Shown in pieces: positions 16,303 to 20,289 of a stretch of DNA of 20,289 bases; position 1 is the first letter of the stretch, and every line of letters begins with the position of its first letter. The notes under the pieces were generated by a model. That model had not been told where the DNA came from. It did no database searches and saw only the letters and a list, made by a program, of their open reading frames with translations. The stretch lies in the IMG/VR virus record IMGVR_UViG_3300025381_001071. One strand, 5' to 3'. This DNA is from a virus. Made by a program: the position numbers and the translations under genes.

Positions 16303-16351
16303 ATAGGGTTTTCCTATGAGTGTATCTATGACTGAAATAGGAAAAATTTAT
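16303..16351. promoter_or_regulatory. OxyR-like operator (ATAG-N7-CTAT elements)
   Basis: ATAG-N7-CTAT at 16303-16317 and CTAT-N7-ATAG-N7-TTAT at 16326-16351, directly upstream of the ahpC -35. Confidence 0.55.
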
Positions 16352-16635
16352 TGTTCTTCTTCAGGCGGTAATCCGTTACTGTGTTTATCGTTAGGAGTAT
16401 CAGCATCCTGGAACAATCGCTTTTCCTGTGCGGTTAGTTCTTTGAAAGTTTTTCTAGGATTACCGCATAACATACATTTTGGATTACCGCAGTTCATAGC
16501 ATGATGTTTGGCAAACTTATGTGGTTCTTTTACTGCCATACCGTGTTCTTTGGCAATTTTAGTTTGTTTTTTAACAGCGTTTTCGTCTTTTTGGAGACGT
16601 TTGCTGTGTTTGAATTTATCATCTTCGGTGCTCAT
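16348..16635 (-). CDS. basic hypothetical phage protein with His/Cys cluster (HH..CGNPKCMLCGNP)
   Basis: Intact ORF in the operon, possible zinc site. Confidence 0.75.
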   Translation of the reverse strand: MSTEDDKFKHSKRLQKDENAVKKQTKIAKEHGMAVKEPHKFAKHHAMNCGNPKCMLCGNPRKTFKELTAQEKRLFQDADTPNDKHSNGLPPEEEQ

Positions 16636-16636
16636 A

Positions 16637-16933
16637 TTACATCAAACTCCAAACTTTACCACCAGCATCGCGGTAGTAGTCGTCGTTGGCATTGACTGAT
16701 GTTTCTTGACTATCTACCGGATCAATAACATACCAAGTAGCATCTGGAAGTTTCTGGAAGGCATAGATAGTGCCCACTGTAGCTATTTGATTGGTAGTAA
16801 CGGTAGTTGTCACTGTAGTTTCAATTTCACTACCATCATCGATATCATAAATCACTTCTTGATCCCTCCGAAAAACTGCTACCATCAGCACAAGTATAAA
16901 AAGGAAAAATACCAAAGACCAAATGAACAACAT
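16637..16933 (-). CDS. hypothetical membrane-anchored protein
   Basis: N-terminal hydrophobic helix and Thr-rich linker. Confidence 0.7.
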   Translation of the reverse strand: MLFIWSLVFFLFILVLMVAVFRRDQEVIYDIDDGSEIETTVTTTVTTNQIATVGTIYAFQKLPDATWYVIDPVDSQETSVNANDDYYRDAGGKVWSLM

Positions 16934-16934
16934 A

Positions 16935-17636
16935 TTAAATCACCATTCCAAATAAAGCAATTAACAATACTACCACCAAAAATCCACCCATGGCATAGCC
17001 AAAGACTTCCACTGCTGTAGGTCCAGGTTTCTCGACATAGATAACCTGTGGTTGTTGTGGTTGTGGCTGTACTGGTTGTTGAGCACCGGCATCAGCAGGA
17101 GCAGGTTGCGCTACCATGGGACCGTTTTGGACGGGATTGAACTGTCCGCCGGCATAGGTTCCTACCAAATAACCATTTTGATTAACCACTCGACCATCGG
17201 GATACAGAACAGCATTATTGTAGTACGCACCGGGACCTGTGTACATTACGGTACCATATGGATGCATCATACTGCCAATAATTAGTCCAGTCATCAATCC
17301 GTTGTTATAGTGATAACCATAACCCCAACCACCATAGTAGCCACCGGGGCTAACATAGCGACTTGTATAAGTTCGATTTACTGCGGTAGTGGTTGTGCGA
17401 GTAGTAGTCTGTGCAGGGGCACTAAAACTACCTTTTTGACCAGGAGCGGGCGCGGCGCTAAAACTACCTTTCTGTGGGCTAGGAGATGCGATAGGATGAA
17501 CAGGGCCAGGGGAACTATGTGGCACACTCGATGGAGTACTAAAACTGCCACGACTAGCCCCACCTTGGCCGGGTTTGGCATTAACTGCGCCGCATAGTGC
17601 GATACCAAACATCACTGCTAAAAGAGTCTTTTTCAT
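16935..17636 (-). CDS. exported low-complexity (G/S/P/Y/Q-rich) protein with C-terminal TM anchor (probable start MKKTLL at 17636)
   Basis: Signal peptide, three GSFS repeats, central hydrophobic GLMTGLIIG and C-terminal TM. Confidence 0.75.
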   Translation of the reverse strand: MKKTLLAVMFGIALCGAVNAKPGQGGASRGSFSTPSSVPHSSPGPVHPIASPSPQKGSFSAAPAPGQKGSFSAPAQTTTRTTTTAVNRTYTSRYVSPGGYYGGWGYGYHYNNGLMTGLIIGSMMHPYGTVMYTGPGAYYNNAVLYPDGRVVNQNGYLVGTYAGGQFNPVQNGPMVAQPAPADAGAQQPVQPQPQQPQVIYVEKPGPTAVEVFGYAMGGFLVVVLLIALFGMVI

Positions 17637-17663
17637 AAGAACCTTGTTTGTTAAAGTAAAGTT

Positions 17664-17692
17664 AGTATACACAAAAAGAAAGGGCCCGTCAA
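17664..17692 (-). promoter_or_regulatory. sigma70 promoter TTGACG-N17-TATACT embedded in the tmRNA terminator
   Basis: The -35 hexamer is the terminator loop. TGTG precedes the -10. Confidence 0.65.
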
Positions 17693-17702
17693 GGCCCTTT
17701 CT
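17672..17702 (-). terminator. rho-independent terminator after tmRNA
   Basis: AGAAAGGGCC-TTGACG-GGCCCTTTCT followed by TTTT. Confidence 0.88.
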
Positions 17703-18060
17703 ACTATTTTGGGTAATAAGGTATAGTTACCTCACCTTGGCTCAAGCGGCCATGGAATATTGTGAATCGTTTGCGATTACTTTTTGCGTGTCTTCGATCG
17801 GGTCACCCCAATCCTAACGGCTTCTACATTGCCGGACTGTCCATTTCATTACTCTTGACCCTGTCGAAAACCAGGTCAGGCCCATCATAAACACACTCAA
17901 ATCTGAAAGGTATCGGCTGTGCCGCTATGTGTCTATAACACTACCACTTGGGACTTAAACCCACATGTGTTTATGGTGGACCTGGCGGGAGTCGAACCCG
18001 CGTCCAGAATCCTTTTCTGTCAACTTCATACAGTCTTACTATTGAGATTACTCTCAAATC
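17703..18060 (-). ncRNA. ssrA: circularly permuted (two-piece) tmRNA gene: acceptor piece (~18060-17974, ending CCA), 90-nt intervening segment (17973-17884), coding piece (17883-~17703) with tag (A)ANDSQYSMAA*
   Basis: T-arm GCGGG-TTCGACT-CCCGC followed by CAGGTCC-A-CCA. Downstream GGGCCTG pairs with CAGGTCC, giving the G3:U70 Ala identity pair. D-loop ends TTCGAC. Helix-2 pairings AGGGTC/GATTCT and ACAGTC/GACTGT. Resume context TAATC-GCA-AAC-GAT, tag ORF 17774-17742, post-tag pseudoknot. Outer ends are approximate. Confidence 0.93.
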
Positions 18061-18254
18061 TTACCCCAACTAATCTTCATCCAAATTCTTTCATGAATAT
18101 AATAATCTAATGAAAGAATCAAATGTAGGAAAGTACTAAATCCAGTTGATTCTGAAAGATTGCCTGTATACATATAAGATAACAAAATTGTCAACATCCA
18201 AGCACTAAGTCTATATGTGATACTTCTTGCTAATGTTCTTTTATGCGATTCCAT
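18054..18254 (-). CDS. DUF2061-like small membrane protein
   Basis: ESHKRTLARSITYR...YYIHERIW.KI.WG signature. Confidence 0.8.
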   Translation of the reverse strand: MESHKRTLARSITYRLSAWMLTILLSYMYTGNLSESTGFSTFLHLILSLDYYIHERIWMKISWGKI

Positions 18255-18439
18255 TATACTGGCGCATTTGGGGGAATTAAATTATAATATTTTAATATGC
18301 AAACAACCACAGCGAGTATTGCTGTAAAAGTGACAGCATATCTACTCCATTGTTTTTGTTCTTCTTCAAATTCAGGTGTATTCATTCTTTCCCATTCTTC
18401 TGCAAAAGTACCCCATCCATATTCTGGAAGCGGTTTCAA
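18254..18439 (-). CDS. small membrane protein (61 aa)
   Basis: Single TM helix, with ATGA and TAATG couplings. Confidence 0.65.
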   Translation of the reverse strand: MKPLPEYGWGTFAEEWERMNTPEFEEEQKQWSRYAVTFTAILAVVVCILKYYNLIPPNAPV

Positions 18440-18756
18440 TTTGGCACCAATACAATTCTTTGAGCATTGATCTGCGAATCAAAAATTTGCTCGTAGTGAT
18501 ATCCGTATGGTGGAGGAGGCAATGTTGGCTGCAGAACAAATACCGGTTGTGGTTGAACATAAACTGGTTCGTTTACAATGTAGGGATAGGGACGAGCTAA
18601 TTCAGCACCGATAACAACCCCTGCTGCCAATGGCACCCAACCACAGCCTCGGCATCCGCCACGATAGTAACCACCGTGATGCCACTCGTGAGCATTAGCA
18701 TTAAATGTTGCTAGAACTGTGAACGCTACTAAAATCGATGTTATAATCTTCTTCAT
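18436..18756 (-). CDS. exported Gly/His/Pro-rich hypothetical protein
   Basis: GGAG SD, signal peptide ending ANA, GW.PL..G..IG helix and PVYVQP repeats. Confidence 0.8.
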   Translation of the reverse strand: MKKIITSILVAFTVLATFNANAHEWHHGGYYRGGCRGCGWVPLAAGVVIGAELARPYPYIVNEPVYVQPQPVFVLQPTLPPPPYGYHYEQIFDSQINAQRIVLVPN

Positions 18757-18896
18757 AATAACTCCCTATATTATCAAACACATAAAAATGCCAAGTACGA
18801 TTAGGTTTATTTCGATATACTGTATATGTTTTATTTTTTAATCTTAGTTTTAATGATCTAAAAAATCGACAGTTAATATATTCAAACTTTTTCATA

Positions 18897-19301
18897 TTAT
18901 TGACCAAATGATTGTGTAAACACCTGTCCACGATAGTTAAAGGTCACAGTTGAACCTTGCTGAATAGTAACCGGAACATATCTGCAGACTTCACGCACTT
19001 CTGCTCTAGCACCGTCGCGACCTGCTTCGTTACCAATCGCACCACCAATAAGAGCACCAGCAATACCGCCAACTAGTCGATCATTGCTATTGTGACCCAA
19101 TGTGCTGCCAATCGCACCACCGGCAATAGCACCAATTGCGGTGTCACCTCGGCTGTTATCACGAACTACTTCACGCTGTTCACATTGTCGTTGTTGAACG
19201 GTGACATAACGGGGTTGAACGTTGACCACTGTGGCAACTTCCTGTGCTAGGCATAGACTGCTGGCAAAAATCAAAAACATCGATGCGGTGACTTTTTTCA
19301 T
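18897..19301 (-). CDS. glycine-zipper 2TM domain exported protein (probable start MKKVTA at 19301)
   Basis: GGAG SD, signal peptide, GAIAGGAIG...GGIAGALIGGAIG glycine zipper with flanking Cys pair. Confidence 0.85.
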   Translation of the reverse strand: MKKVTASMFLIFASSLCLAQEVATVVNVQPRYVTVQQRQCEQREVVRDNSRGDTAIGAIAGGAIGSTLGHNSNDRLVGGIAGALIGGAIGNEAGRDGARAEVREVCRYVPVTIQQGSTVTFNYRGQVFTQSFGQ

Positions 19302-19321
19302 ATTGAACTCCAAAAATAATT

Positions 19322-19412
19322 GACAGACTTCCCAGGGCGTGTAGAGCCTCTGCCGAGCCTGAAGTATCTAAACTACTGCTATCCGCTACGCGAACTTGCC
19401 CCTGCGAAAGCA
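19322..19412 (-). ncRNA. candidate structured leader/ncRNA of unknown class
   Basis: GC-rich intergenic island with several possible helices (GTTCGC/GCGGAT, GGCAGA/TCTGTC, GGC/GCC, CAGG/CCTG) between an ATAAATA motif and the glycine-zipper SD. Confidence 0.4.
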
Positions 19413-19446
19413 TATATATTTATTGTACGGTATTTCTAACTAGTTG

Positions 19447-20289
19447 TCAAGGGGTATTTTTTAATGTACAAACAAAAAACGGAATATGTATCTTGGGCAA
19501 ATGAAAAGTAATCCCAAATATTTTCAATATTCTCTCAACAAGTTGTATAAACTTAATCATCAAGTTCATCACAAAGTTGTTTAGCCAAAGTTTAATATCG
19601 TTTATTATTTTATTAAAATCCAGTTCAGGAATCTTCATATGTATATTCAATGGGAGTTTCCAATCAAACGGATTTCCAAATATTGGTAGTTTAAACTTAT
19701 CTATTACTGATAATATTTCAGCAATAGTAACTTGTGCTTTCTTTAAAACTTTTTTGGCAAATTTTTCAAGAAGATTTTTAATATCATTTAAACTAGGTGG
19801 ATTTGACAAATAATGTAATACTGTTTTTAGAAGCTGGGCTATTGCTGTTTTCCAAAGATTATATAAAACAAATCCATTTTTTACTATCGAATCATAGATT
19901 TTTAAACCTGTTTGGATTAAATCTATAATCAGTCTAATCTTTCTAGACAACTGATCCCATAAACTTGCCACAATGTGTTTGACAATGTATTTGATTAGTT
20001 CCGATGGACTGTTTAGATTTTTAAACAACGGAAAAGGAATACCCAGTAATCCAAAAATCCTTTTAATCTCTGCTAGAAACTTATCATATGCGTTTTTGAA
20101 TTTTGCCAATAATTTATTAATGATTTTTTCTATAACGCAGGTAATATCTGGATTGAATAAATCACTAATGTGTAAATCAAACACAGGCAATTTTAAATCT
20201 ATCACACCTAGACCAAATCTTTTAAGTGCTTCATATAAAGCATATAACACATTCCATACAGGTTGATATGCTGCCTGCATGGCATAGTT
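19447..20289 (-). CDS. Leu/Ile/Lys-rich hypothetical protein, probably 5'-truncated by the window edge
   Basis: The frame remains open from 20280 to the window end. No recognised motif. Confidence 0.7.
   Translation of the reverse strand, partial: NYAMQAAYQPVWNVLYALYEALKRFGLGVIDLKLPVFDLHISDLFNPDITCVIEKIINKLLAKFKNAYDKFLAEIKRIFGLLGIPFPLFKNLNSPSELIKYIVKHIVASLWDQLSRKIRLIIDLIQTGLKIYDSIVKNGFVLYNLWKTAIAQLLKTVLHYLSNPPSLNDIKNLLEKFAKKVLKKAQVTIAEILSVIDKFKLPIFGNPFDWKLPLNIHMKIPELDFNKIINDIKLWLNNFVMNLMIKFIQLVERILKIFGITFHLPKIHIPFFVCTLKNTP

Noticed and set aside
10344-17608. Numerous antisense/alternate-frame ORFs in the track (e.g. 10344..10835, 13704..13922, 15322..15624, 17310..17597)
   Set aside because: Shadows of well-supported genes, with no SD, promoter or motifs
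17974-18010. Stand-alone tRNA gene or integrase att site (T-arm + CCA)
   Set aside because: There is no D-arm/anticodon arm upstream, and the acceptor partner lies downstream with a tag ORF, so it is the permuted tmRNA. No integrase or duplicated 3' end is in the window.
17575-18110. Plus-strand ORFs 17575..17817 and 17919..18110
   Set aside because: Antisense to tmRNA, its terminator and neighbouring genes, with no protein features
18701-18931. ORF 18701..18931 (or MKKFEY start at 18895)
   Set aside because: Very AT-rich, overlaps the next gene by ~55 nt and has no motif. It could be a real small gene but is unsupported.
19328-19340. Cobalamin riboswitch (CTGGGAAG)
   Set aside because: The other conserved elements and the required length are absent
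19322-19365. HDV-like/theta ribozyme (P3 GGC/GCC with 7-nt loop TCTACAC)
   Set aside because: Only 8 nt lie between P3 and the P2 3' strand, leaving no room for P1.1/P4, and there is no catalytic C in J4/2
1-20289. Alternative genetic code (stop-codon reassignment)
   Set aside because: Known genes (clpX, ahpC, ahpD, porin, rpsU) are full length and coding density is high under code 11
1-20289. CRISPR array, IS element or DGR
   Set aside because: No regularly spaced repeats, transposase or reverse transcriptase seen. The short repeats lie within paralogous coding sequences.

Overview
Fragment of a large lytic (T4-like/jumbo-type) dsDNA phage genome, most likely infecting a betaproteobacterium. 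The host inference rests on a betaproteobacterial-type porin, a bS21 ending LPKKMY, an AhpC/AhpD pair and a HemA-like fragment. Genes are densely packed, mostly on the minus strand, and driven by near-consensus sigma70 promoters, several of which appear to make leaderless mRNAs. The left ~2.5 kb is an array of short paralogous hypothetical genes from two families. Next come tandem SGNH-like hydrolases, a metallophosphoesterase, a divergent cassette (HemA dimerisation domain + YbaN), a DEDDh exonuclease and a coupled ParB/DGQHR-like + HNH pair with GmrSD-like architecture. A block of host-like genes follows: rpsU (bS21), 2OG-Fe(II) oxygenase, clpX, porin, and ahpC-ahpD with an OxyR-like operator. 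The most striking element is missing from the ORF track: a complete circularly permuted (two-piece) tmRNA gene at ~17703-18060 (-) encoding tag (A)ANDSQYSMAA. With phage ClpX and bS21, it suggests a phage-encoded ribosome-rescue/tag-and-degrade module. A GC-rich candidate structured RNA lies at ~19322-19412. All family assignments come from motifs recognised by eye, not from database searches.
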